A stretch of DNA of 64,000 bases, taken from assembly GCF_006345805.1 (NCBI RefSeq), contig NC_043015.1, positions 20,212,001 through 20,276,000 of the forward strand, written 5' to 3'. Below, one piece after another: positions 25,799 to 38,960 of the stretch. Under the pieces are notes generated by a model, which made no database searches, was not told the origin of the DNA, and was given only the letters and a program-made list of their open reading frames with translations. Positions within the stretch are counted from its first letter, which is position 1. Every line of letters begins with the position of its first letter. Source of the stretch: Octopus sinensis (taxonomy: Eukaryota). The translations under genes and the position numbers were made by a program.

Positions 25799-25820
25799 GC
25801 TACTGCTGCTGCTGCTGCTA
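25724..25820. repeat. (CTA)n then (CTG)n trinucleotide array
   Basis: Direct repeat; source of the poly-Val ORF. Confidence 0.95.
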
Positions 25821-26359
25821 CAGTCATTGCTCCTCAGAGCCTGCTGATTTCGTGCAACCGCTTTTCCTAGCACCTAGCGAACCATTATGTTTAGGTTTTC
25901 TTTTCAGAATGTTAGTGTTTTATGAATTTCCTCCTTGTCCATGTTGTTACGGAGCCGTGGGTCAATTCTAATGAAACAGATCAATGATCAAAGCATTCCA
26001 GCCTCGATCAGAGACGTTCACCCAACCAAGTCGTACTGCTCGAGTGCAGCAGAAAAACAAAATCACGTTTAAAGCTTTCAACTTACCTGCAGAAGGTCAT
26101 TCATAGCTGTGTCATCAGGATACTTTAGCGTGGCAGTAACAAAGATCGTCAGGGAAGTCTATCTTGGACCAAGAGCGATATATTAGCTCCAACTTTGAAG
26201 AATGTTTTTGCAGTCCAGAGGCAGGAAATAACAAAATAATCGATGTATAAAAATGTAATTGAACACTGGACTGTGATGATTGATGCGGATTCAGAGGGGT
26301 TAACACCGAGAATAAGACCCACGTTACAAGCTGCTCTCTATAATGTCATCAAGACGAGA

Positions 26360-26534
26360 CGTGATGTAGTGGCTTAAGCTTGCTTTGAAACCATATGGTC
26401 TCGGGTTCAATCCCACTGCGCGGCACCTTGGGCGAGTGCCTTCTACTATAAACCTAGACCGATTAATGATTGTGAATTTGATAGATGGAAACAATGGAAG
26501 CCCATCTGTCTGTCTGTCTGTCTGTCTGTCTGTC

Positions 26535-26578
<44 letters not shown>

Positions 26579-26605
26579 CTGTCTGTCTGTCTCTATCTGT
26601 CTCTG

Positions 26606-26636
<31 letters not shown>

Positions 26637-26825
26637 TACACACGTATGAGTGCGTGTATCTGTGTTTGTACTCCCAACCGTTTGACAGCCAGTGTTGGCT
26701 TGTTTATGTCCGTATAACTTGACGGTCCGACAAAAGAGAGCGATGGAATAAGTACCAAAGTATCAAAAAATAAGCATCCAGGCGATGCCCCAGTATGGTC
26801 GCATCCCAGTGATTGAAACAACTAG
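26360..26825 (+). mobile_element. SINE family A copy with internal (GTCT)n/(CT)n/(CA)n
   Basis: Head with GGGTTCAATCCC B box; family A body and tail. Confidence 0.8.
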
Positions 26826-27119
26826 GAATTAAAAGATGTGCAGGGTTATACCTACCCGATGAGATGGAAGAAGAAAAAAGCGGAATGTTCCAGTAAAATA
26901 GTCGCAACAGAGCAGACGGAATGATTTGGGACAGAGAAAAGAAAACGTGTGCAGGAATAGAAATTAGTTATTCAACAGACGTTAACATGTGAAAGATAAA
27001 AAGAAAATATTTACACCAGACTAATGAGAAAACTGCCGTTACTGCATTCTCACTCTAACTTTAGATTTATGTCTGAGATTATTGAGGAAAAAAGTTGCTT
27101 ATGTAACCGACTTTCCTTA

Positions 27120-27330
27120 TCTTCTTTTTCACCTTTTCCTTACTATAGTCGTTGAACTGCGGCCATGCTGGGGCACCGACTTGGAGAGTTTTAGTCGAAC
27201 AAATCGATTTCAGAATTTATTTTTCTCTTTTTGTTTTAAGTCTGGTACTTATTTAATTTGTTCTGTTTGTCGAACCGCTATGTTACGGAACTTAAACGAA
27301 CTAGAATTAGTTGTCAGGCAGTTGTGGGGG
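27120..27330 (-). mobile_element. SINE family A partial copy
   Basis: gaactgcggccatgctggggcaccgac...gaaccgct. Confidence 0.7.
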
Positions 27331-27381
27331 AGAAACGTACGTGCACATACACATGTACGTGTGTGTGCGCGCGTGTATATA

Positions 27382-28551
27382 CAGAGTATGGACGGTGTAT
27401 GAGGACAGATTTATGGTTTAAAAAACGCTTACATTATAATAGTAAAAAAGAAACCTATTTTTTAATAAAAATAACATAAAGTTAAATCAATTTAATAATT
27501 TCATTCAATAAAACCATTCATAAGCAACAATAACTGCCTCTACGCAGGGTCGAGATCATTTACAAGTTCGGATTAAGTGGTCCTTGTCCATATCGGACAT
27601 GACTCGAACTATGGCGGCTTTCAAAGAATCTTTGGTATTATGGGAGTGTTCTTTGATATTTTTGTCAACGATGCTCCATATATAATAGTCCAGTGGATTG
27701 AGATCTGGAGAATTAGGAGGCCAAATGTCGGGTGTGATGCGATCATGCAAATTACCGGCTATCCATTTGAACCTTGAGTGGTGGTGCAGAATCTTGTTGA
27801 AAGACATGAGGCCTTCCATTGCATATACTGTAGATTCAAGGCTTAACAACTTTATCCAGAACCTCAATATACGCAGCAGCATTCACTATAAAGCCTTGTG
27901 GAAAAAAGTGAGATACAACATCCAAAACCATGACACTTGCGGGAAATTTTGTGAGCATTATTCTTGGACCCTCAGAAGGGTCTGCACATAGCCATCTGTC
28001 ATTTCTTCTGTTAGTTTTCTGGTCCTGGTCAAAGTTTTTCTCAACTGAGAAAAATCAAGTCACACTATCTTCTGATGGATTTTTAAGTTTGTTCAAAAGT
28101 CTTTTGGATCTGATTAAACGGTTTTCTTTTTTTTTTCCTGACATGAATTGACCTCTCCTCATCATGTAAGATTTGTATCTGATGTCTTCAAGCACAACAT
28201 TTCTGATCGTTTTTTCTGGCATGAAATGTTTTTGTAATTGACCTCATTGATTTTCCTCGATTGTTTTGCTTGACTTACTGAATAAATTCAGGTGTCCTAA
28301 TAGAATCAGAGCATTTTGAATGCTTTTTACTCATACCGAATCTTGTGCATAAAAGATCTTGGAACTTTCAGAAAACGAGAAATTTCTAAATCACCATGCT
28401 TAGCCTTCAAAGCCACAATCACAGCATGCCTTTCAATTTCATTAGTAAGCAAAGGGCCAATCATTGTTATTTTCTGAAATAGAAGTTCAATAAAAATCAA
28501 ATAAAATAATGATTAAAAATGCATGTGTCCTCAAATACCGTCCGCACCCTG
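27382..28551 (-). mobile_element. Decayed Tc1/mariner-superfamily transposon, DD37D (maT)-like, 1170 bp
   Basis: TIRs CAGAGTATGGACGGTGTATGAGGACA / CAGGGTGCGGACGGTATTTGAGGACA with TA flanks; FQQDSAP (frameshift)...WPPNSPDLNPLDYYIW. Confidence 0.85.
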
Positions 28552-28559
28552 TATATATG

Positions 28560-28715
28560 ATGGGTTTCAGCAGTTTCTGTCTGCCAAATACACTTACAAG
28601 AAAATGGGCAACCTGAAGCTATAGCAGAAGACATTTGGCCGAGGTGCAGCGTTGTGGAACTGAACCTGAAATTTTATGGTTGCAAAGCGATCTTCTTAAT
28701 CACTCAGCTATGACT
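28560..28715 (-). mobile_element. SINE family A head fragment
   Basis: ggaactgaacctgaaattttatggttgcaaagcgatcttcttaatc. Confidence 0.65.
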
Positions 28716-29850
28716 GAAAATAAGTACAAGAAGAAGCTGATGGTCACAAAACCAGAAAGGACCCGGTTAACTAAGAAATTATAATTGTAAGCCATTAAGA
28801 GAACTGTGGAAATATGCAAAACACTTTAGAAATTTAGCCAGCAGTAAGCACATATGCGCAGGTATAAATATGAAAAAAAAATCTACACACCATTTGGTCT
28901 GGTCCCTCCTTTTGTTTCAACGAATGAGGATATAGCAGGACACAGCTTAAAAAAAGGATCGTCATCCTATGGTCACCTGAAGGTAGGGTCAAAGCTGAAG
29001 AGTTTTAGTAACATAATCTACCTGTCCTCGTCACCTGTTTCCCCGTCACCAATAGACTTGTGAAGAATGTGTGATGGTGTTGTGCTAGTGCTTTGGTTTA
29101 CTGAACAACCTGCATGGTAACTGTTATTGTAGTTGGTATGGTTTCTGCAGAGTCAGTCCCACTCTGTCTTCGTTCAAACCTGGAATGGTCTGGTGCAAAA
29201 AATGTCACGAGACCAGTAGTTACCAGGATGCAAAATTTGTAAGGAGTTACCTTCTCTTAGATGGGCAGCTAAAGAACTGAAGGGCCACGTCTACCCTGGG
29301 TCCTCTGGGCAGTGATCTTCTGGAGTAATTCCATGACATGCTAATTGACCCATAGTTGGGATCTCGACAGGAACTACTACTCCTGGTCAGAATAAAAGTG
29401 ACTCAGAGGTGGTTCCATATTCCTCGAAATCCTGGAACTCCCGAACAAGGGATCCACTACAAGATGCAGTTTAAAGTCCTCCTCACAACAAATATGCACC
29501 CAAACGTACATCAAAGCATAGGTTCATTGTGGCAACGACATGCATGCATTTAATATATGCTTATTTAGTTCCGGTAGTTTAAATTTTCATGAAAGAGCTT
29601 TCTTTCTAGGTTGGAAACTGGCTTCTGCCTTTTCCTCTATTGATGAAACATAAAATAAGAGTAGAACAACATTTATATCCAAACATGACTGTCTCACCAA
29701 ATATAAACACAATAGAGCCGGCAAAGTCGTCTCGAACAGATCAGTAGACAGAGAAGCTGTTTAGTAATAGAAACCAGATGTTCAACTGACTTGAACGTCT
29801 CATTCAGAATTTGTTGGAAGAAGGGCAGTTATGGACAGTTACATTCGGAA

Positions 29851-29891
<41 letters not shown>

Positions 29892-30259
29892 AACAAAATT
29901 TAATAAAACGCCGCGTTGCAGTAAAATTTAATATTTCTCATTCTCTCTCTCCGTTGCCATATTGATTAGTTATGCTTCAGACTTAATATTTTTCGAGAAC
30001 AACGCCAATATCTGGTTCTAAATTAATTTTGTTTCGTTACAAAATTTCTAAACCAATACATGTACAGACGATACGTTGTTTTATTTATTTATAAGTTAAA
30101 ATATGGTCAGTCAAACAAGAAATTTAAATTTCACCAGTTTAACGATTTATATAAAACAATATAATCTATACAATTAAAATTATATTAACAGTTTTGTAAA
30201 TTATATACTTTTGTATTTGAGTGACAAAACCTTTTCAAGCAAATTTGATAGTAATTTCA

Positions 30260-30420
30260 AATTTCGGCACAAGGCCAGCAGTTTCAGAGGGATTAAGTCG
30301 ACCCTTAGTGTTTAACGAGTACGTATTTTATAGATCCTGAAAGGATCAACCTTGGAAGAATTTGAACTCGGAACGTAAAGACGGACGAAATACCACTAAG
30401 CATTTTGCTAGCTCGCCGCT
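30260..30420 (-). mobile_element. SINE family B copy
   Basis: Reverse complement of the family B head and core. Confidence 0.75.
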
Positions 30421-31914
30421 TTAACGAATCAAATTTAATATTAACCAAACTTTTGAATGTTTTATAAATTTTGTATAAATTAAGCCACCAAAAAATGTTG
30501 CAGAGATGATGATAATCTAAACTAGGGCTTATCCTAAGAATGTGTTCTGGTTTAGGGATCGACATAAACATACAAATAAATAAAACTCAGTAACCTTCAT
30601 TAGGCTCAATTATGTTTTTAGGCAATTTTTTTAGGGCTTAGCATCTTAGAAGGCATACATAAAAGGGTGATGAGATACCGGGGAAGAACCAAAATAGAGA
30701 ATAACTCGTGAAATCGCTGCATAGAGAGAGATTATGGCGAGATTGCATCCAGATCGTTGCAAGCAATTTTCAGAAGCCCTGAGCAACTGTGGAGGTTGAG
30801 AAAACTCAGACAAAGAAAGAGTCAGCATTACGACTAAAGCCTATGTATTAGCCCTAAGTGAGTCAGAACCTGTCGTTCAAGGATTGGTTTACATAGCCAC
30901 TTAAGAGCTTGCCGCTCTTCCTCATCATCTTCAGACACAGCATCACCAAAACCACTCTAATCTGAAGTTGTAAAGACGAACGATTAAGTATCCGAAGTTA
31001 ACATTAAATCTGTTAACTATTAGACCTCTACAATCAAGGTCCCTAATCATCAACTTCCTTGTAGCAAGGACTCTGTCTACATTTGCTCTAAAAATTGTAA
31101 CAAAGTTATCAGACATTCGAATCCAAGACAGACGCCAACCTAGTAGCAGTACTGATACCCAGTGCAGACTACAGAGTCAAAGATGGCACCCTGCCGACTC
31201 TCGAGGTGAAAACGATGCTCTGGTCACCGAAGAATAGATAAATAAACGCCTGATATTCCTGCCAAGCGAAGTGGTAAATCTCTAGAGCCATCTCTTTTAC
31301 TAAGACACTTTTAGATCAAGTTTGAAGACACTCTACAAAGTTCTGGGAGAATCCGGGAGAATGTTCACGAAAGAGCTTGTGCCACGTACAGCTGTTTCAC
31401 ACCCCAGTTTAGTACCGACTCAGAACTGAGCGAATTCCGAAAAGAGGCAGCAGAAGAACCAATGACAGGGACACTTTCTATGTAAAGTGTCTTAAAGTCG
31501 CCCAACCGCTATGGAGTGGAAGTCATTGTTAGGTTCTTAGAGCCCAGACAGGTTAGCATGCTCGCACGCGCGCACACAATCTGCATGGGAGGATACTTTT
31601 GAAAGGAAATCTCGTGGCAATCATAACTGGCCGATAGGAAGATGCCATCTTTAAGATGCTGGAGGCAAAACTCATCAACTCCGGGATGAGACTCTTCAGA
31701 AAAGAACCCGATCGTCTTTTTGAGATTGTGATATTGTGAGATACAAACTCTGTATCAAGTAACTTGGGGATTCAGACCGGTGCAGAACAATCATGCAGAG
31801 GGATGTTTTCCTCGTAATTGTCCAAAGGGCTCTGCGAAAGCCAGTCAAGTCAATCCCATTTCTACTCACATAAAGATTCATAAGTAGTCATTTCTTTACA
31901 TTTGTCGTAATGGA

Positions 31915-32128
31915 GCCAGCTTTGCTGAATGGTTAAGAAGTTTGATTTGCAATCACAAAGTTTCAAGTTCGATCCCACTACGTAGCATCTTGCCATGTGT
32001 CTTTCACCTTAGCCTTAAGACGACCCAAACCTTATGAGTGAATTGTAAGATGTTGAACAGAAATCCATTGGATAGATTGTATCTGTATTTCATGGGTCCA
32101 ATCAGTCTCTGTTTTGTCTCTCTGTCTG

Positions 32129-32211
<83 letters not shown>

Positions 32212-32370
32212 CTTACACGCACGCACTGTATCACCCTGACTCTACCTTGAAGCTTACATTAAGCATACCCGTGGCCGTGGAATACTCAACCGCTTACATA
32301 TTCAATGAACGGGTACGTCAGTTGATCGAACAGCTGAATTAGTCATCGTTGAGACCGACTGAGATCCATT
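31915..32370 (+). mobile_element. SINE with family A-like head, internal (TCTT)n and family C body
   Basis: gaatggttaagaagtttg...AAGTTCGATCCC; (TCTT)n at about 32128-32210. Confidence 0.6.
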
Positions 32371-32614
32371 CACAGAGTCTGCTCGTTGCACATATAAATA
32401 TAAGATATATCTTGTAATACATTTCAAGTTGTCCATATCCGGTGTTTAGTGCGTTGGCAATGAACTGATAGAATACGTCTCGCCAGCATCGTAATATTTA
32501 ATGAAAATCAGATTGAACTTGACAATCCACTTGAATGGTTATTCATAAGCAACAGCTATATGTCTTTATAGTATGCGACTAAGAAAGCACCTCTGTGCCG
32601 AAGAAGTTGATGTT

Positions 32615-33232
32615 AAAGGTGGCGAGCTGGCAGAAACGCTAGCATGCCGGGCGAAATGCTTAGCGGTATTTCGTCTGTTTTTACGTTCAGAGTTCAAATT
32701 CCGCCGAGGTCGACTTTGCTTTTCATCCTTTCGAGGTTGATTAAACAAGTACCAGTTACGCACTTGGGTCGATGTAATCGACTTAATCCCTTTGTCTGTC
32801 ATTGTTTGTCCCCTCTGTGTTTAGCCCCTTGGTGGTAGTAAAGAAATAGGTATTTCGTCTGTTTTTACGTTCAGAGTTCAAATTCCACCGAGGTCGACTT
32901 TGCTTTTCATCCTTTCGGGGTCGGTTAAATAAGTACCAGTTACGCACTGGGGTCGATGTAATCAACTTAATCCCTTTGACTGTCCTTATTTGTCCCCTCC
33001 ATGTTTAGCCCCTTGTGGGCAATAAAGAAATAAGAAACGTTAGCATGCCGGGTGAAATGCTTAGCGGTATTTTGTCTGTTTTTACGTTCTGAGTTCAAAT
33101 TCCGCCGAGGTCGACTTTACCTTTCATCCTTTCGGGGTCGATAAATTAAGTACCAGTTGCGTACTGCGGTTCGATCTAATCGACTGGCCTCCCTCCCACA
33201 AAATTTCGGGCCTTGTGCCTAGAGTAGAGCAG
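32615..33232 (+). mobile_element. SINE family B trimer
   Basis: Three tandem units; re-entry after aaagaaata at about 32850 and 33030. Confidence 0.88.
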
Positions 33233-33927
33233 AATATGCGACGAAGAAACAAATCTCAGTAGCGAGGAAGTTGATGTTATAAAAAGAGCGTTCGACTTAA
33301 CAGAAGAATTTGCAGCGTTTAAGACTACAATAAAAGAATATGAGAGATTTGATGAAAAGTGGCCACGTGATAGAATTATTAGCGCGTCGGACAAAACACT
33401 TAGCGGTATTTCTTCCGGATCTTTACGTTCTGAGTTGAACTCCCTCCTTTCGGAGTCGATAAAATAAAGTACCAGTCAAATACTGGGGTCGATGTAAGTA
33501 ACTTGCCCCTCTCCTCAAAACTCAAATCCTGCAACAGACCGTGAGGAATGGTGTGATTTGGGCTCCTTATACGCTAAATAACACAGGTAACAGATCTTAT
33601 TAATTCTTGGGCTCGAGAAATATAATTGAAGAAGGAAAAAAATGGCCCTTAGACTAAGACATCGAGAAAGGAAAATTAATCGAAATTCCAGAAAATCGTG
33701 CGGTTAATTTGAAGCGGTTTATAAGAATTAACGACATTATTTCTCAGCTGGAGACCAAACTCGGGCGTAAACGAGTTCTCTGGAGACGGCAAGTATTAGG
33801 GAGGTTATTTAACAGGATTTCAGGTCTGTGGAAAATGAAGTAACCGTTATTTTTTCTTGCAAACTCAGGAATTTGAAATTTAAATCGAGGCTTTGCTTCA
33901 CTCACTCTCGAAGAGAAGCAATAACTC

Positions 33928-33968
<41 letters not shown>

Positions 33969-33984
33969 TAATAATAATAATAAT

Positions 33985-34392
33985 CATTCTTTCTGCTATT
34001 GGCAAAAGGCCTGAAATTTGGGGGGAGGTGTTAAGTCGATTACATTGACCTTAGTACTCAACTAGCACTGAATCTATCGACCCCGAAAGAATGAAAGGCT
34101 AAGTTGACCTCGGTGGAATTTGAACTCAGAATGTAACGACAGGCGAAATACCTATTTCTTTACTACTCACAAGGAGGACAAACAAGGACATACAAAGAGG
34201 ACAAACAAGGACAGACAAACGGATTAAGTCGATTATATCGACCCCAGTGCATAACTGGTACTTATTTAATCGACCCCGAAAGGATGAAAGACAAAGTCGA
34301 CCTCGGCGGAATTTGAACTCAGAACGTAGTGACAGGCGAAATACCGCTAAGAATTTCGTCCGGCGCGCTAACGATTCTGCTTGCTCGCTGCC

Positions 34393-34395
<3 letters not shown>
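33985..34395 (-). mobile_element. SINE family B dimer; another copy lies at about 34450-34645
   Basis: Two reverse-complement cores joined by gaaatacctatttctttactac; flanked by (AAT)n. Confidence 0.85.
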
Positions 34396-34448
<53 letters not shown>

Positions 34449-36006
34449 TATAAAGTTTTCAAATTTTGGCGAAGGGATCGTTTGTTACATCGACCCCCAG
34501 TGCTCAACTGGTACTTATTTTATCAACTCCAAAAAGATGAGAGACAAAGTCGACCTCGGTGGATTTTCAAGTTAGAACGTAACCGGAAGTGGTGCCGCTA
34601 AGCAGTTTGTCTCACGTGTTAACGATTCTGTTAGTTCACCGCCTTAAGAACCGGAAATAATGATAATAAGGTTGGCAAACAGGAAGCGGAAAGCAGATTT
34701 TCTCAAACAGGGAGAAAACCTGAAGGGGGAAATGTGGTTTTAAACGAAGAAATACGGATATTATCAGAAAGGTTCGGATGAGAAAAAATAGAAACAAAAA
34801 AACACACAAAAAACAAAAAACAAACAAAGCAAAACAAAAAAGGGTCGGGGGGTGAGGAAATACAAACTTTTTCTAGCGGCCACAATCGCAGATCGTAAAT
34901 CACAGGGTGTAGAAAATGAGATAGTATTTAGTTAATTAATTTCCTCAATATCAACAACTGTTCTTATCTCATGATTAGCTTTACACGGAGATTGAAAAGC
35001 TCATAAAATATGAATTATCTACTTTAACAGCAGAAATCTGCCAATTTGCCAAAACATGAAAAAATATTTAACTCGGTTCAAGACATGAATCAATATAATA
35101 AATATACATCATCAGAAACCGACATCAGCCCTGAGAATGGAGGGAATGTGAGCTGAATAGATATACGGTTATTTATATGAACAGGAAGAACAAGAATGGA
35201 CTAGGTGGTGTGTGTGTGTGTGTGTGGATAGACATTTTTTTTTATCGTGTAGTGAGAGAAAACATAACAGCTGCGAATGGCGAGTTTGAATGTCTCATAG
35301 TAGAAATACAGGTAGAGAGAAAATAGGAAGGAACGAAATGTAATTGTCAGTCGTATACAAAGAGCACCTGGATCAAATAATAAAATATTTAAAGAATGGA
35401 GGAAAAGAATGCTTGCGAAGACACTGATGACGGTCTTCTTACGCACACACACACACACAAAATGATGCGGTACACGTTATGTTTGTTATTTGTGTTTCGG
35501 CTACGTGTTATCCCATAATGAACAGAGACGAACATAAGTGAATATATTAATATTTATTGTAGATATTCATATGAATTTTTTAATGACAGCTGATAGAGAT
35601 TTAGGAGATTAAGAGTCGAACATCAGTGTAACGAACGTCCTTAGCAATGGTTAGTAAGGCTCGAGAAACAAGCAGAAAGGAGTTGGTTTCTCAACCTTTA
35701 TTCTCCTGGCTGAAATTCAGGAAAACTGGACGTTGTTTCTGCTATTCTCGGCCGCGTTCTGGCTTTCTTATGCCGAGAGGTGAAAATGTACGCTTTCTGG
35801 TGGCTTCCTCAACCTCTGCAGTTGTTCTTAGCGGGTTTTATTTTAATATACTGAAAAGCGCGGGAACCTTAAGGACATTGTAGATCGTGTTCATGATATG
35901 GCATGGTGTCGCTGCTAACTGAGTGGTTGATCGTTAGCACAGATCGCATGTCATGAGAGCGATCTGCGCATTGTACGGGCCTCGCAACTGAAAATATGAA
36001 GCTCGA

Positions 36007-36069
<63 letters not shown>

Positions 36070-36072
<3 letters not shown>

Positions 36073-36415
36073 TCATTCGTTTCAGTCATTTGACTGCGGC
36101 CATGCTGGACCACTGCCTTTAGTCGAACAAATCGACTCCAGGACTTATTCTTTGTACGCCTTATTCTATCATTCTCTTTTGCCGAACCGCTAAGTTACGG
36201 GCACGTAGACACGCCAACATCCGTTGTCAAGCGATGAAGGGGTGGGGGGGGGGGGCAAACACAAACATATATACACGATAGGCTTCTTTCAGTTTCCGTC
36301 TACCAAATCCACTTACAAAGCTTTGGTCGGCCCGAGGCTATAATAGAAGACACTTGCCCAAGGTGCTACGCAGTTGGACTGAACCCGGAACCATGTGGCT
36401 GGTAAGCAAGCTACA
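36070..36415 (-). mobile_element. SINE family A copy
   Basis: Near-consensus family A sequence. Confidence 0.88.
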
Positions 36416-36707
36416 GCGAGAGCGGTAGGGGGGTGTCAATGTAATACTTGTACATACTTATTAAATGAAAATGTCTCTAAAACCGACTTGACCAGCAGAA
36501 TCACATTGCTTCGTGCTTATTCCAACTAAGAATGTATACCTGAACGGTATGGAAGACGTTAAGTGTATTCTCAGAAATACTATGGAAGATTATAATTGAT
36601 AATATATTTGCAAACAGTATAGAAGGACAGGAAGGATAATTGATAATATATTCACAAACAATATGGAAGACAGTACAATAAATGGTATATTATTGAATGC
36701 TACATGT

Positions 36708-37312
36708 CGGTGTTTCTCAATGTTGGTCCCATAAAAAAATGACAGGGTTCCGTAAGTTGCGTCTAAAATTTTAGTTTCTAAAAAGAATAGTATTCACCAT
36801 TTGTAAAATAAGTTATAGTTTTTAAAAAAATGTTTTAATGAATGAATGAATTCTCTCTGAAACACATAGATGACAATTTTGTTTAATACAACCTCGATAG
36901 CGTATACCAGATTTTTATTTAACCAGGCAGCATATTCGCATCATCGGATAATGTTTTATTCTGTTTCATTTATTGGAGGCGACGAATCCTCGTCCGGCCA
37001 CGTGACTGGCTGCGACTATTCGCCATTAAAAGGGTCCCAAAAAGCCGAAATACATCTTGCGTTCGCGCTGGCTGCTGCTGTGACGAACAGTGTTTCAATA
37101 AGATAAGTTACCGCACTACAAATCTCGTAGTAACTGGACTATCAACAGTATTTATACATTATATATGCTAGATAGATAAATGGGTATTTTAAATTGTTTT
37201 TGTTTCATTTTATTGAAGTGGTGTGAATGGTCCTAAAAATATAGGTATGTGCTCTGAAACTTTTGGAAAATCGTTTGAGGGTTCCGCAACCGAATAAGCT
37301 TGAAAGCTACTC
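36708..37312. mobile_element. Possible degenerate hAT-type MITE ends
   Basis: CGGTGTTTCTCAA at left; gggttccg subterminal motif at both ends; no TSD found. Confidence 0.35.
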
Positions 37313-37619
37313 ATTCAAAGGATCATCTGCTACTTTTTGTGGTGTGTGGTTGTGATTACAAGAGACTAAACGATGCCAGTAACTAAAAGTATAAAGAAAT
37401 GAAAACAGAGGAAGTTCACGAGAACTTCAAAAATGAAATACTAAAGAAAATTAGAGAATATTGTACTCTGAAGAAATTACTAACAAAGTGTGGGAAACAT
37501 TTCTGGAAATATGTAAATCGTTGAACGGCAAAAATTAATGAAACTACAACAGAAATCGAAAATATACAGAGTAGTTCGTGTATCGGAAAAGGATTACGAA
37601 ATAGTCGCAAAAATAATTT

Positions 37620-38037
37620 TTATGTTTTGCAAACAACTTGCACATATAAGTGTTACCAGTCGAGAGCTTCGCATACCGGAAGCCAGCAAGTGTATGGGAG
37701 AGAATGCGCGCCGTTTTGGGGCCTACCTCTCGACAGCATCAATGCGCACCTCCCCCCACTGATATGATGAGGTGATGCGGTGCTTGCTAGATCAACTGAT
37801 TATCAAATAAAGCTCAATATACTTCTAGCCATCGCTCATCGTCTCTTTTTAACCAAATCCAGTGGCTAACCTTTTCCACCGCAGTTTGGATATCGGTCAT
37901 GGTGGTATTGACTCTACGATGAGTTAGGCCTAATGATAACAACAGTTGTCTCACACTGTATCCAACAAGCCCCCTACATCCAACTTCGATTGAAAAATGC
38001 TCCGCTTTCCAGCCTGCGTCTTCACATTCCTCGAGGA
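37620..38037 (-). mobile_element. 3' fragment of an RLE-type non-LTR retrotransposon (HERO/NeSL-like)
   Basis: EECEDAGWKAEHFSIEVGCRGLVGYS...EKVSHWIWLKR matches the recalled HERO-type C-terminus (EVGCRG; S.W.W.KR). Confidence 0.75.
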
Positions 38038-38459
38038 ATGCATTTCGGCCTTTTGGGGGCCCTTTTAATGGCGAATAGTCGCAGTCAGTCACGTGGCCGG
38101 ATGAGAATTCGTCGCCTCCAATATAATCTCTATTATATAGCAAATTCATAAAGCATAGAAGCAGAAGTAGAAAATAAATATATAAATTATAAAAATATCT
38201 TAATAATTTGAGAAAATGAAAGAAGGAAATGCTATAAATTATGAGAAGAATAAAAATGTTGACGAAATGGCTCCTGAAGCACAAATTATCTTCAGTATTT
38301 TGTTAATAGTAATAAGACTAGAATTAAAATGATCTGGTCGATGATTCTATTTATTCTTTATTCTTTGTATGTGTGAGACCAAAATTAAAAAAAGAAAAAT
38401 ATCGATGACTCTGATGCGACGGAAACTGGGATCCATGAGGATTGTGGGAATTAGCTAAC

Positions 38460-38960
38460 CGAGTTCAATGTCTCTTAGAGCAGTAAATCTGAGCATCGTT
38501 GCTAAAATGTAAGAACTAAAATTCTACTGATTGGAATTAAATTGCTCTGAAATAATAATCGAAGAAATCAACAGAAATCAATAACTCACGTCTGGGACTT
38601 GTCTTTTCAAAATGATGCATTTTCCAATCAAAAGGAAAATGACAAGTTCGAACAATATATAGAACTGGAGATAAATATCATTTTACGAATAGCTTGTTTC
38701 TTTACTTTGTCAGTTCTTCAAGATATTGGAAAAACGATAAACACCATTTTACTTTCCCAGTTCTCCAAGATATTGGAAAAGATAACTTTGAGAAGCAGAA
38801 ATTAGTGACTGACAGTTAGTATGGATTCAGAGCAAATAGACCAAACTCTCTTGTCTCTAATTATTGAATTAATTGAAGACATTACTGTTTGAATAGGCAA
38901 CGTTTGCAGTGGAAATATTTGTACATCTAAAGAAAACGTTTGATTCCATTGATCACCAAT
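38460..38960 (+). pseudogene. Highly decayed CR1/L2-like reverse-transcriptase fragment
   Basis: THVWDLSFQNDAF, ILLSQFSKILEKI, YGFRANR, IFVHLKKTFDSIDH, spread over several frames. Confidence 0.7.
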
